A DNA stretch of 64,000 nucleotides. It comes from Iphione sp. A-MEVVRFRX5 (lineage: Eukaryota). Position 1 is the first letter of the stretch. Each line of letters begins with the position of its first letter. This document shows positions 27,392 to 42,300 of the stretch, piece by piece. The notes under the pieces were generated by a model, which saw only the letters and a program-made list of their open reading frames with translations, had not been told where the DNA came from and made no database searches. Location of the stretch: NCBI GenBank assembly GCA_976226885.1, contig OZ320320.1, positions 29,264,001-29,328,000 of the forward strand. The letters are read 5' to 3'. Made by a program: the position numbers and the translations under genes.

Positions 27392-30300
27392 GTAACGGGG
27401 CAGCCATATGCAGGTCAGTCCTTCAATCTTCAACCACAATAATTTATATTAAAACTAAGTTTGGTGATGTAGAGCATTTGCGATGCTTAGACCCTATTAA
27501 GGTGTGTTGAAGACAAGCAAAAACTACGGCACGTTGCTGAGTATATTAAAGAATATTTATGTAGGGATGTTGAGGCTACAGACGACTAGGATCTAGTTTA
27601 TGAGGACGGTTAATGGCAGTGCATCATCTCGATACTTTTGGATGTAGGTCTTTGGTGGATCAGCTCAGTCTTATCTGGATAACGTACTCCTCCCACCATC
27701 AGGCTGTTTCTTGTCTACACATACCAGCAAATGTAGGTCAAAGTGAAAAGCAACGTCAGCACATTTCCCTAGGCAGTATGTAGGTCATTGAAAAGATTTA
27801 TTATCTTCACCCATAAGAATTATACACTTAGTATGGTCGAAATTATCGGTAGAGAGGAACCTCCATGTGTTGCCACTAAACCTTGAATCTGTAGCATCTA
27901 CATACCAGCCTGGTCGTTGTTTCTGGCCAGGATGCAGCATTGCTCTGGCGTGGAAACAGCCAGTGACGCCAAGCATATGCCATACCTAAAAATAGAAGCA
28001 GTCTCCTATTGAAGCGAGTTTGATTATCGCAGCTTGAACAAGTTTCGACCCCACGTGACCTTTAGTATAGTCTGTACCGTCCCTCAAGTTTACTTATTAT
28101 TTACTGGGGGTATAGAAAATAGATCAATTTTTACATGAGTTCATATAGATATATTATTGTCGAAAATATTAGCCTCACAAAATGTAAAAGCTAAGCGTTT
28201 ATTTTCTTACAGTAGCCAAGAAATAGCAATTGATTTGGTATCCTTGAAAATATACCTGTATTCAAGAATACTCAAATATAACGCTAACTAATGAATATTA
28301 TATTCATAAAGAAATTATAAACCGCTGATATATAATATCATACGTAGAAATCAGTGAAGAAATCGAGATTTAGAACTAGGAAGTTTCCCTCATAGGCCTA
28401 TCATATGCTTAGCGGTAGGGAATAGTAAGTGATCTCTATTAAGTAAATAAATTCGACAGTGATATCTTAGTAAATTCAGACAGACTAGAGGGCTGTGTCC
28501 TGTCAGACAGGTATACGTCTGTACACGGTCTAGCATATCTTGAGCCATGTTTACTTGCCTCTTCTAAACAGGCCCATTCCTAGTCGGCCATCGAGGGTCT
28601 CCTATCATGTGAGGTACAGCCAGAGATACTGAATGGTATCCATATCATTCGGGGATAGTGTTTTTCGTACTTTTTACCTTATGGCTCATCACTGGAAAAA
28701 CCAGCACATAGAAAGTAGGAGAAGTAAACAGAAGAGGCTTGTCTCTATTCTGGTATTCTGTAAGTATTGCAGGTGAAGGATTTTGTCCATTTTTTTAGAA
28801 GAGGGGCAGGTAAATATTGCGAATTTTGTGGGAGGTAGTTACTGTCATCAGGAGAAGAGAAATAACCTCTTTGTTTCCATTTTTTACATAAGACTGATGT
28901 GGCTGGCTCGATATTTGTTGGGGGTCAACAAAGATATTTAAGCCAGAATCTAGTTCCTCTATGTTAGAGTTTTAAAACTGTTACATCGGTGGAGGAAACA
29001 TCACATCCAAATGATTCTTCCCGTTATTTTACAGGAGAACAGTCAGGTGACTATTGTATATTGCTGCCTCGTCACTCGTGGATTGGGTTTTGTTACGATC
29101 ACTCTTCTTGTTTTTTTTTACTTAAGCTTGGTGTAACAGTAATGTACAGTAATTCTCCCCTTATCCCACCTTCCTTATCGTTTTTCTTTTAGTTACTTTG
29201 AATCAAATGTATTTTTACACTATCCTCTTTGCTATTGATCATACTTGCTTGACGGTGTGATTGTGTGTACTTATATGTATGAACAGACTTTCCAGTGAGT
29301 GACTCTTTCTGTATACTGCACATATCTGAAGAAGCATGGCCTATGAAGCGTTCATAAATCTCACTCCACCTGTAGCCAACCACCACATGTATAGAACGAG
29401 GAAATACTCCACTTTGTCCCACTCATTGTATTAGAATACATTTCCCTTCTTGCAAGTTTTCCTTAGTGCATGAGACATGAAACAACACAACACCAGCTGT
29501 ACATCATACATCATTAACCACATTAAATAACCACTCAACTCTGTATATCACGAACACATTTTGAAACATTTACAAGAAAACGATCCAAACGTTAATATGT
29601 TTTTAATGCATTATATACCTGTAAATGTAGTAAAGCGAAAAGACTGATGATATACCAGACAGCATACACCTCATTAGCGGTTTGGGATATGGAGCCTGGT
29701 TCCTCCTTGGACTGACACTGATAGCTGACCATATATCACGCATTCATGGGTGAGGGCGAGGATCTGTTTCGTCCTGTCAGGGTTAAATTGGACCCCACCC
29801 CCACCAGCTACAATCTTCCCAAAGGGGCCTTCCTCTCCTTGGCACCCCTCCTAAGCTTTGATACCAGGGAAAGAACACCAGACTAGACTCTCAACTAACT
29901 TTAATTATTTTTGATTGCTTGTATTCAAATACCTAGCCCCAGATCCGTGGGAGCCAAAGAAAAAACCAAAACCAGAGGTAAGTTTATATTCAAGAAGTTT
30001 CAAATGGAGCTGTTTCCCTGTATATATATGTATTGACATTCAGTCTAAGGATCCTTTGATTGACTCCAGCTGTTTGAAGGTCGTTATGAAGAACGGGGCA
30101 CTTTGAAGCAAATTACATAATGTAACTCCCCTTAGCTGAACCAGTTATGGTAGATACTTTGCCGCTTTATATAAGTAATAGCAGCTGTTCTATTAAGTTG
30201 CACTCTGTAAATAATAACATTTTAGTAGGTAGTATAAGTGTTATGGTATAGAGGTAGAAAGTTTCAACTGGTGATTAAATGTATTCCGTCTCTGGAATCT

Positions 30301-33300
30301 TTCCATTTGCCATTAGTTATGTACAGATACTTGGTATCCTCACACTCCTAACAGATCTTGAGAGGCTGAAGAACAAGAACTAGAGAATGATTAGTTACAC
30401 CCTGAAATCACAAAGATAATTATTCAAGTTTCAAGTCCAAAAGGCAGTACGCCGATTAATTAGCTTGATGGGATATACATAATGGCTTTGAATTGTTGCA
30501 AAGGCAGATGATTATTGTTGCACTGGTTTATTATCTGCATCTGTGTAATATACTGCCGTTTAGAAATATCAACCAAAATGATATAACAAGATATGCGTTT
30601 TATTCATCTTCTTTCTATATAAAAAATCATAAAACACGACCATAATACTTAAGGATCTACTGCCGTGGAAAAATTCGTTATTGGGAACTTTGAAGAACCC
30701 CCAATTTCAAGAAAAATGCAGGCTGAAAGGAAAGACTCATGAGCATATGAGAGCCTACTTTTCAAGGAACTTTACTATGTTGGAAAGTCTCTAATCAGGA
30801 CATCCATGTTTTTTCCAAAAATGTCTCAATTGAGACATGTCCCCATAAAGTTAAGAAAAATGATCTATTCTCCTCAGATATGTCCTTATTAAAGGCATAT
30901 TTATAGGGTAGACTTCCCCTATACATCTATATCCTTCAGATTTTCTTTTGTTATACGATCTTAAGTCCCGTAACATGTAAAATATATTTTTAATAATGTC
31001 ATCGAGATGCTTGGGTTGAAATTATCCATGGCTAGTTTAGTAGCGCTTACGTTTTAATTATTTACTCGTTGTATTTCAGAGTTGTTGCAACGACCCAAGC
31101 GATAAAATGGTGTATTTTGCAACTCGGAGGTGCCGGTCCGTGCCACCAACTGTAGGTAAGACCACATTCAAAATGGGTATTATGGCAAATGTGTAAACTT
31201 GCGTCGGAGAACACGAAGCCATGTTCCACCACAATGTACTCAAATGCAACCGGTGAAAACAGAGCTCTATTATACCATGATTTTGCAGTTGTTTTCTCTG
31301 TGTGCGTGGTATGCAGGCATGTGTGGATGGTGTGGATGTGTATATAGGCATGTAAATGTATGTATGAAAGTGTGTATAGGTTTAGATGTGTATATGCCTG
31401 GAGTATGCATAAAGGTGAGTGTGTAGGTTGCTGTATATCTATATGAGTGTGTGTAGATATGTATGTAACTAAGCATGTGTACAGATAATGTAAATTGTAA
31501 GCGCGTGGACGTAGGTATATGTATATGTGGGCATGGTAAGATGTGTATACATAGAGGTATGTATTTAGGTGCGCGTATGTGTGTGGACATAGGTAAGAAT
31601 AAAGGTGTGCTTATACATAGGTATGTGTGTGTGTACCTATAAGGTATAGTTGTGTATGTCTACATGTAAGTATGTGTATGTAGGTGTGTATAGATGTGTG
31701 TGACAGCTTGAGCACGGCTGTCTACGCTTGTCTATCCATGTCCCTGATTTCCGTGTGCTAGGAATCCTCGTTTTACATGTGACTCTGGGAGAGTCCTCGG
31801 TTTTCGTTTACCGCTATCAGTTAATATCTATCGCATCCATCTGTCAAATTAATAGACGTAGGTTGCCTTTAAATTTGGAAAATCATCTGACTTGACATTT
31901 TCATACCATCATAGCCTATACATGAACTGGTCATTTTTGTTTTGCTGCTGGAAAGACTTGGAACGTCAAGAATGTGATTGTTATACTGAAATTTACAAAA
32001 TATGTGTTGTACTATGGACTCTTCGAACTGAGTGATTTTAAGGTTAATAATTTAAAAAAACTAAGTTATAAACGTATCCATGATAGTGTTGAATCCAAAT
32101 CACTGAGATCAGGCACGTTACTGGTGGTGAGGGAACCTGCACACGCTCAGTCCGTTTTGGCCTAAAAAACCTGTGTTTCTGATAACATGCTGGAAAAATA
32201 GAGGATCGGTAGATTTGTTTTCTTTTTTTTACTACTTTTGGATCCTCAAAGCAACAAACATATATATGGTTATATCACCTCTACTGCTTAGATTTTAATG
32301 AAACATGTATCACATGAAAGTCAGTGTTCCAAGGAATAGGCTATAATGGTGGATAGTATGGATAGTATGAATCTGTATCATTATTCACTGTAAAGGTATT
32401 CCCGAAACAAGAAAAATATAAAAAGTTACTATCGGCTTCCAAGTAGGGTCAGTCGGGTTACTATTGACACAGTTATTTTTTTGAGAGGCATAATCATAAT
32501 TGCGGTGGGGAACCATAGATCGCTTAGATCATCTTAATTCAAACGGCCATAAACCATTTGCAGAATAGAGGTATTTAAAAAGTAACTGGAGTAACTTTTT
32601 GATAGTATCTTCCTTCTTTCAACAATCACAATATATACATGTACATGTATAAGTCATCTTGCAGCTCATTCCACCCTACAGGAGTAACCAAATTGGGATG
32701 CTATAATTGATTTCAGTCGAGGTCAACTATGACTACGGGATTGGCCCGGCATCGCGGAAGGCCCACAGGATCTCTCAGTACGTCTCTGATGATCACGACG
32801 CTCTGAGAATGGCCTCCAGGCGGCAGGACGCTGCCCTCCTCCGGGACATTTCCTCCCGTATGGTAAGACACCCCCCCCCCTCCACCCTGATGGTACACCC
32901 CCAAACTCTTGGCTAACAATCACGCTAACCCACCAAGTACATGTAGTTTAGTGTAGTGTAGTCTTAGCAATACTCAATCTAGTGGTTAAAGATTACGAGT
33001 AGAATATGTTACTTCTTCAAGTACATGTCGATCCTTCTATGTTGTTGTAATTAGCTTTTGCATGCACACTCTGATAAGTGTCTCAGTGTGTACAACGTGC
33101 CCTTTAAAAGTAAAATATGATGATTGCAAGATTAAATGAATCATTTCAGAATAGTAAAATGAGAGATTAATTGACCTTTACATCTATTACCTATCAGAAT
33201 AATACGAAGATGTCAATTTTGTTATCTATTATTTTTGTGGACATGTGTGAATCTATGAACATGTTTTGCTTTTGTATAATGAAATGAGTTTATTTTGGAA

Positions 33301-36300
33301 GGGTACAACAAAATCACAAATTTTACCAATTGATATCAGGCTAAGATGTCCACTTGGATAATTATGAATAATCATAAAGCCTTGATCTTGCAGTGTTTGT
33401 GTTGTGTGGGTTGTACATCTGCGAGTTTTGTACCTTTGGGAGTGAGATTCTATTCGGAAACGTCTTTCATCTGACCGCCAAACACAAAGAAACAATCACT
33501 CATTTATTAACTCTAAATGTTTAAAGAATTCTGTGGCAGGTAGATGATAACGACTTCCGAGTAAGAACATACATGTTCTATTTGCATTTTTGTGTGTTTT
33601 GAATGTGATCTTGGTGATCCCTCCATTGTCTTGTAACAAACGGGAGATATGTCCTTCATCTTTGAGACAAGCATGAATCCAGCGAAGCAAATTATTATAC
33701 CACACTATTGTACCGTACCTTGTTCCAATGGATTGTAAATGATCCCCTTAATTATATCCTACCTGTAACGTTCTCTGTTTCGTTTTTCACGAAAAAAATG
33801 CTTGAAAATTACTCTTCCACCATGTCATATTTTACTCAAGTACACTGTAAGAAATTTTCCCCATCTGTGGAGGCATAATTTAAATCTACACTGAAATTAA
33901 CGAAACAACTTTGGGGATCTTTACTGATAAGTAAACCCCACGAAATACTCCATGTATATTAGTGTATAGCTTTGTTCTCCACATATTAGGTGTTCTGTCT
34001 TTTCTAAAGGTATACATGTCGCTTGCATCTATGTCTTAGTTGCTCATAATGCTGTAATGTCTTTAGCTCTAAGACAATGCCTGCGTGTTACATACTAGAG
34101 AGACCGTCCTCGTCATGTCTGGGATGCCCCCGCTGTGTACCCTACCACCTCTACAGGTATCGCTGACATTAACATCTATAGATAGCTGATACATTGTACA
34201 TGTATGTCTGTACTGTTCACTGTGACATACGAAAGAGATTTTTAAAGTTCATAAATGTGTAAATATTTCTAATGTTACGCACAATTTTCTTCTCGAGGAA
34301 AGAATCCTTTTACTTGTGAGGCCATTACTCGTGTAAGACACTAAATGAAGTGGACAATTCATGTGTATGGCCTCATTTTTGTTTCGAGCTACGGATTATT
34401 CTGTCGTGCTCGCCTGCGCTAGACATAATTTTAGTGAAGTTGCATTTTTAAAAAGTAAAGTGAAACTCTTGATAATGCTAGAATGCCAGAGTCACCCAAA
34501 TGTATACATGCACATGTATATGCAGTCAAGATTATTGTACACAGTATCGTCTGGACTATGACAACGTCAAAGTTGATCCTGAGATAGCCATGAAGACGGG
34601 CTTCCGGCGTCTACTTTACCACAAGAAGCGCGCGCCAGTGACCCAGGAAGCGCGCGCCGAGAGGCGACGGGATGAGCTACGTTATCCATGGAACTACACC
34701 AACGACAACTTCTACCGTCGCAAGGGGAAAGCTCGCCACCAGGGCGGTAGCGGCAGCGGCGGCGGCGGCGGCGACCGGGAGGCAGGGGACCGGGAGGAGG
34801 GTTCGAGACAGCAGCTGGCGCTGGCTCTTCTGCAGGCGGACCACTACCCGGAGCACGACCCTTACGGCCTCTACCGGCCCGTCCCCCGCCGTCATCGCCC
34901 AACCCTGCAGGAATACGGAGCTATCGGGGAGGAAGTGAAGAAGATGCCGCTGAGCGAGGTGATCTTCTGGGCGCGCGTACGCTCGGCGCTCGGCTGGAGG
35001 GAGCGCGACCAGGACGAGGAGGATGACGTCACTTTCACGCGGTTCGTGAAAGAACTGGTCCCGCGCTCGGAAGCCAGACCTTACACTCCCAGGTCGCGGT
35101 ACGACTATGACGCCGCCTGCGAGGACGACGAGCAGTTCGCCCAAACGATACGTAAAAAGGTCGCCGCGAGCCGTAAGGATTTGGCGGAGTACAACCGCAT
35201 GCTGGACGCTCGGTTTGGCTGGCGCGGCCGGTCCAGGTTCGCACAGGCCCTGGAGGCGGCGCAGGCCCCATTGGACCGGATGCAGCGGGCGCAGTCGCTT
35301 CCCGCTCGGGCCAGCAGGGCGGCGCCAGTGCGGTCAGCAGGAGTCCAGGAGGTAAAGACTACTGAACTGCTCTCTGGTGTGACCATGGCCTCCGCGTGTG
35401 TGGCCTGACTTTTTGGTTTCTTGCAGTGAACGCTCCTTATGTTAAGTTCAATAACGTAGCAACCACCAACCACCACCACTGTCACCACCACCATCACCAC
35501 CACAAACCACCATTACCATCATCTTCTACAGGCTCCTTACTTGTCTTCAGCACCCTGTACGCCGCCATGGGTGTTGTCTGTCTCTGATCTCCTTCTTGTT
35601 TATTTGCGTGGTATATTTTTAAGTTAACTTGAACTGTGTGTCATTTGACAGATGAGGATGGTCAAATACCCATACTGACTGTGTACCAGTGTGTCCCTTC
35701 GATTGTCAGCTCTCACGCCAGTATATGTATACAGCTTATGTACCTGCGTTAAAAGGTCCAATACAAAACTGCAAGAAAATGTCACAAAATTTTAGAAGTT
35801 GGACTGGAAACAAGGGGACATGTTGATAAGGAGTATATCTGTTCCTCCCGTTGTACCCTTCCAATCCAATTTGTGTTCAGGATGCCAACGTCCTTGTCTG
35901 GTATCGTTGACAGTTTATCTCATCGACAACAGCACCTTTCTTCTCCCGCATTACCCCCTAATTTCTGCCACTCCAGTTGTCCATGTACCTCCTCGAATAC
36001 CATAGCCAATACTTGTGCATCCTTGCCTGTCACCTGGTCTTGCCTTCCTATGTTCTAAAATATATTCCTACATTCCGACATTCATATACATCTGCTGCAT
36101 CGCCCCTGCTACTAGAAGCATCTTTTATAGAACCACTTTCCTACTAGACACGTCCTTTGCAGTTCTAGCCACTTACGACCGTGAAACCTTTAGTTTAGAT
36201 TCGGACCGAGTTCACATCCACTGCTGAGGATGTAGGAAAGCCCATTCCCTTTTAGAAAGATCCAGCCCGCGCTAATCCAGTCTGCCTCCTTTAACTTTGC

Positions 36301-39300
36301 CCGAGCGGCCAATAATTTCAGGGGCAAATAAAAAAAACATCCCTAAATGACCCTTTGCCGTCTGATTGACCTTGTGCGGACCCCTCGTCTCACAGGAAAC
36401 GTCCAGCTACACCCAACCCGCCTGGACTGTGCCCCGACGTGCGCGCGCACGCTCGCCGGTCATGTTCGGCGTGGCCAGAACGAGGCGGGCCAGCAGCGTG
36501 CCGCCTCGTTTTCGCGAGACGGAGGTGGACGAGGAGGAGCTCTTCATGCCCGTTAAGCCCCGAGCGACATACCGCTACGAGGAGGTACCAGTTACTGTGG
36601 CGCCGGAGGGGTGGGCACCCCAAATGCCCAATACCCACCGGACGTGACAACAATAACCCCACACAAAAACAGTTTACAGAGCGCGTGCTTTTTACCGCCA
36701 AAAGCTATAGCTTTTCACTCCATGGCTAATTCAGCTACAACCGCTTCGCCGTTAACTCAGACTGACAGCAAACATGCAATAATGACCGAAATAACCGCAC
36801 CATCCAAGAGGTTGGTCATGCAAACTGCATGTTGACATTTATTCAAGAAAAAAATGAAGAAAATTCAAAGTTAGCTATTATTTGTACGGGAATGATGACT
36901 AATAATCTCCCAGCCGTTTGCTGACAAGCAGGGTGCGACAGTGGCCCAACATAAAACAAGGGAATGAGACACATTCGGTATTTCATTAGTAAATTTTCTG
37001 AAAGAAAGATGAGAAAAGGCGCAGGCGTAAAGATGTCTCCTTGTTGTCTCTCTGTCGTCAGAACTTCAACTGGGCGTAATGTCTGAACCACCCTCTGTCG
37101 ACGCATGGTTCTCTCTGCTTCACTCTATCGTTATGTTTCTCTATCTCTGCCTTCAAGTGAATGTTAACTTGACCCATACATGAGCATTGTTTCTCTCGTC
37201 GACTGAAACTGTATCGTTACATCTCTAGACTGATTGGTCATGCAAGTTACGAAATATGTAAAATTCTTATACATATTATCTATATGATATGTTAAAGATC
37301 ATGTGCTTGAAACTTTCAAGAAATCTTGCTTTTGGGTCATACTATTACAGCTTTTTCTACGTTTACTTGATCTATTTTATCATTATTTTGCATTGTTTTG
37401 GTACTACAGAATGGCAAATGGATATGCAAAATACTTCGTTATCATGCCTGTAGTATCAGTTCTGCTTCACTCATTCATGTATATGTACACATCTGTGTTG
37501 TTCAAACCGATATTTGTAGGTCAAAGCAATGGTAGAGTACAAAGATGGATGGATGGTTTTACAAGTGTAAAATATGGTAAACAAATAATGTACACTTTAA
37601 AATGATAACCTAACAGTGATGTGTTGATGAAATATTCATTATGTTCACAATAACCTCAGCTTTAGCATACATTCAGTGACCATTGATATATATATATATA
37701 TAACATTATTTAAACATGTGGCTAGGGATCAGTTTCATTATTGGAAATGTTTTCTGCAACTGGAGATTAACTGCATGGCATTAGTTTCCTAATGCTTTTA
37801 GAGTACCGTTTAGCAAGGACATCGTCAATATATACGATTAACACGCTTCGTTGTTTTGCTGCCTGCCTCATCTAGCCAATGCATATCCACATGCTGCATA
37901 TCCTAGATAGAAAAGTATCCTGGGAAGATTTTTCCAGATAAAAAAACATGACGAGCAAGTTTGGCCTGAATCGAGGAATGCAAGAGGAATTTAATCGGAA
38001 TATTTGCACATTTCTCTCGCGTATCAAGGACAGTGACAACTTTCACTTTCCACTTCAAAAATATCAGGTTTTGCGCACTCGCTCTGCATCATTTCTGCTG
38101 GCCGTACTGTAAGCCAAAGAAACCTGGTGCATCATGGCAAAGGATAGCTTACCGTGATGATCAAATCGAAGGATTGGTCACCGGCTGGATTAATTAGCTG
38201 TTTGCATCTTCCATTTAGAGTTGATACTAAAAGAAATATCATTCACGCATTTTGACGCACATTTTTAACATTCGGAATGACGTTCGAAGCGCATCGCAAA
38301 GCCACGCCTCCTCCCGCATGGCTGCAACGCCGTGATTGATAACAAGGCAATCGGCCTTTTTTTCTGCCACCAGGGACCGTTCAGTCCTCAATCCTTATGA
38401 TTAATACTCATGTGTTCACCATCATGCCAGGACCTAGCTCTGCCCAACCAACCCGGTTGCATATCCTTTATGAGGTGGTACCTGGCCCCTAACCGAGCCA
38501 TGTTGCCACTTCTTGGTCTGAGAACCCTCTCAGACCGGAAGTAGAGCCTTTTCACTATTGAAGGTGCCGGAACTAGGGGTGGGGGCGGGCGACCGGAGAG
38601 AGTTGGGCAGACGGGTCCCCCTCCAGGGTGATCAATTAGTGACACTTCTCCTTCCTTCCTTCCTTCCTTCCTTCCTTCCTTCCTCCTTCCTTCCCATCTC
38701 CTCTGCCCCCACAAATAAAACGCCGGTTGCTCCAGAAGGACTGGATGCCGTACTACCACAAGCCCATCACCACGTACGTGTCGCACCACGCGCGCCGCCG
38801 CGCCGGAAGCGAGCCGCCCGCCGAACGGAAGACCAGCGTCTACTCCAGCTCGCTGCCTGGCTATATGCCCTCGTCCGAGCTGGCCATGCGGACAGCCCGA
38901 GGAGCGCTCTCCAGGCTCGAGGTAGGGTATCTCTATCACGTCACGTCTTGACAGCGACAGCAAATAAGTATACGGGAGTGAACGGTCTGCCTTGCATTAG
39001 GAAAGCTTGAGAAGGTTCATGAGATGACTGATGGTAATTATAAGAAAAAAAAACCTTGCTCTGATGAATTGTGTATACCTTTTAGGATGGTTCGGATAAA
39101 GAATATGTATCCTTATGCACACAATAATAAAACTTTCCTTTTTTTTTTTTTTTACAAAAAGCAACCCCAACCTCAAAACAGGTAATCGATTCGTTACCGC
39201 AAGAATCTAGAGTAAAAGAAGGGGTTTCCTGTGAGCTCTTGGTTTGAGTCATATTTGCTTACAAAACAGGGCTCTGCAGAATCATCTGGAGACATCGTAA

Positions 39301-42300
39301 CATGGTTTGTAGAGATAACGATAAATTCAGATAAGGTAGTAAAGTCATAAATCAATCAAAGTGAGCCGAACGTGGAACAAGAAGCTGCTCAGTTAAAGCG
39401 CATACATAAACACATTGGAGATAAGTTGATTGAAAAAGCAGGTCTTGGTTTGGAGTTGTAAGTAGTACAGGACTGTGGTATATCCCCTTCATCACCAGGT
39501 ACATTTATCAGACATGGTAACCATGCCAACGCTGCCTAAGGCAACAGTTAGGTGCACACCTCCATCCTCCGGCACACACCTACACATACACACCCACCAA
39601 CACACACAGAAGATACCCCTGGTGAAAGGTGGCAGAGGGGGGTTTGTTATATAGTACGGATAAGTAGTAAAACCAGCCGTTCCCTGGAGAGGCTTGCCCC
39701 AGGTCTGGCATCACTTTGAGGTGCAGGAAGAACAGCAGGAGGGGATGGGTCGAACTCAGTGAGTTGCTCTGAGCTCCTCATCTCTCATCCCTTCCAGAGC
39801 ACCCTCTGGTGGTAGGTGCTGGTACTGCTGCTGATGGTGGTGCTGATGCTCCGAAAAGTGGCGGCAGCATCTGCCTCCAGTAGTTGTGCTGGCATCACCT
39901 AGACGGAGCTTCAGTCGCTCCCTGTATCATGCTGCTCCGAGCAAACCATCCATCCATCCTTGTAGGCACGAGAAGAAGGTCTAAATAGTGGGCAACGACG
40001 AGGCCACGGGGCCAGAGAACAGTCGCTTCTCTCTCCCCCTGAACCCAACCACTTCGATCCGTTTGATTACGATCCTGGCACCCTTTGCCTCCCGAAGAGG
40101 AGACTTATCTTCCTGGCACCACAGCCACGTTTCGTTGGGTGAGCAAGTGGTGGTAACAAGCGGGGAGGTTGAGGAGAGAGAGAGAAGGGGCAGGCTAGGT
40201 CACGCTGGTGTCCGTCCACTGTAAACCAGTACGGACGTTCGACAAGCCCACTGTTGAGCACTGAGCACTGCGACTGGCGCACCTTGTGCTGAAACTCTCT
40301 TCTGTAAAGTCCGTGGTGTTGTGTTGTTGGTCTTCTAATTGCTGTCGGTAACTGCTCCAATGATGCGTTCACGCCATTCCTACAGCACGGGCAATCTCTT
40401 GCAGCGGGAGCTGAAGTCCGGCTTGGAAGATCCCTACTACGATGTCGAGGATTATTTCAGTCGTCCGGTGCGGCCGTACAGGTACCTGAGTGACCTCGGG
40501 GTGAGTACCGCCGTAAAGCTCTATATACCCGTAAGTAAGACAGCTCCCTCTGTATGTCCATCTCCGTAATTAAGTCCTCTTGTGGGTTTACTGTATAAAT
40601 GTTGATTTGTGGAGAGACAAATATTCGTTCCGATGTCATGTTGTGAGAATGCGAACGTGACTAAGTGTTACTTTTCTCCATTTACCTGAAACTCACAGTT
40701 TTGCCAATGCCTTTGATATATATAAGAATATACTGATATATTGTGGGTGTGTATGTATGCGTTTGCATACCATCTGCATCACTATTCTATTTGTACACCA
40801 TTTTATTTGTATACCATCGCTATTCTGTACCACTGCATCACTTTTCTTTCTTTTAAAACGTCTTGAACTATCTTATACATGGATCAGAGCCAATATAACC
40901 AGCTCTTCATACGAAGTCAGCAAAGAAAACATGTGAGATCTTAGGTGTGGCCGAGTAATCGTCAAGATTTGCACACGCTGTTATAAGGTGTCATTGTAGT
41001 GTACTGCTCACTGTGAACAAATCTGTGTGTTTTTATAGCTGGGTGTGATGGCTGAATGGACACGTCTTGACGTGGGTATGTATGGACATCTAGGTACATG
41101 CCCTTAGGCGTATCCGTCTGTATGAACACATAAATGGATAAATGCAAAATATGATGACTTGCATATTCGTGTGAAACTAAAACCAGTAAAATGGCATTTG
41201 ATAGCGCGAAGGAGATAACAATGTGGGTGCATATAGTTGCTGACGATTTTATGTTATATTGACAATTTACTGCTGTAGTAGACACTGTACAATCAGGGAA
41301 ATATAGGCTGTCCACATTGCCGCATTGAGGTACATGTATTTGTGACGAGTTATGAGATTGTTCAGTTGGAGCGTCATACATGCATAATACTTGCGAGCAT
41401 AATGCTTGCCAAGATGCAGGGTGATGAAAGCTCCTGATAAACAGTGACAGAAACCTAAGGTGCCATAATCTACCTGGATGGATTATGTTATCATCGTCTT
41501 TATGTGCCCGTAATCAGGGAACATTTGTTAGTGCATGACCAGCATACCTGGCTGCAAGTGAAAGCTTACTGTTTTTAACTATTCTGATTGTCATGGGGAA
41601 GGAAAGGTAAAATAATACACTCGCGGAACACTCACATCTTAGCTTCTCTTCACATAATTTCAGTGGCCGGTATCCCAAGATAGTTACCTTCTCTGAATGT
41701 CTGGAGCAATCATTAGATCCAATGATAATGGACCAGAAGTCTGAAGTCTTGCCAATTGAATAACCTTTATACAGTGTCTAGTATCCTGAGATGCATCTTT
41801 TATTGCATAGTTATCACCTACTTTGAATGTCTGGGGCTGTGATATATCTGATAACAGACAATCCAGCCTCCAACTATTTACTCAAGTGTTGCATCCAGTG
41901 CCATACTGGTCACCTATTCCAAATGCCTCAGCTAGTGATAAATCCTACTACACTGTCCCAGAAAACCTGGGTGCGAACTATTTACCTACGCACATCTGTT
42001 GATCAATCTGTCAACATCCAGCTCACCTACCTGAGTCCCACTCACCTTGGAAATTCTAGAGGCCAGCCCAAATCATCTGTGTCCATGTTGATGGAAGTGA
42101 TACAAGTAAAAAAAAGAATTATTTTGAATGTACCGTCTTAAATATTTTTTCTATAAACATACATTGCAATTAATTGGTGCACGTTTTCATGGACCTCCCC
42201 GACCATCTTCCATTGGGGTATTATCAAAGGAAGACATTTAAGACTACCATCGATCTATAATATACATGAATTGAGAAAGTTTTGAATGTAAGTCTAGCAG

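Noticed and set aside
29640-29730. C/D-box snoRNA-like layout (TGATGA ... TCCTTGGA CTGA), reminiscent of the U14 18S-complementary element
   Set aside because: Only 8 nt of contiguous complementarity, no TGT before the D box and no terminal stem. It also overlaps candidate first exon B.
34567-35503. Several long - strand and off-frame ORFs (34567..34902, 34677..35144, 35105..35503; likewise 38388..38963, 45740..46120)
   Set aside because: Antisense or shifted shadows of the GC3-rich + strand exons and microsatellites; they have no splice context of their own.
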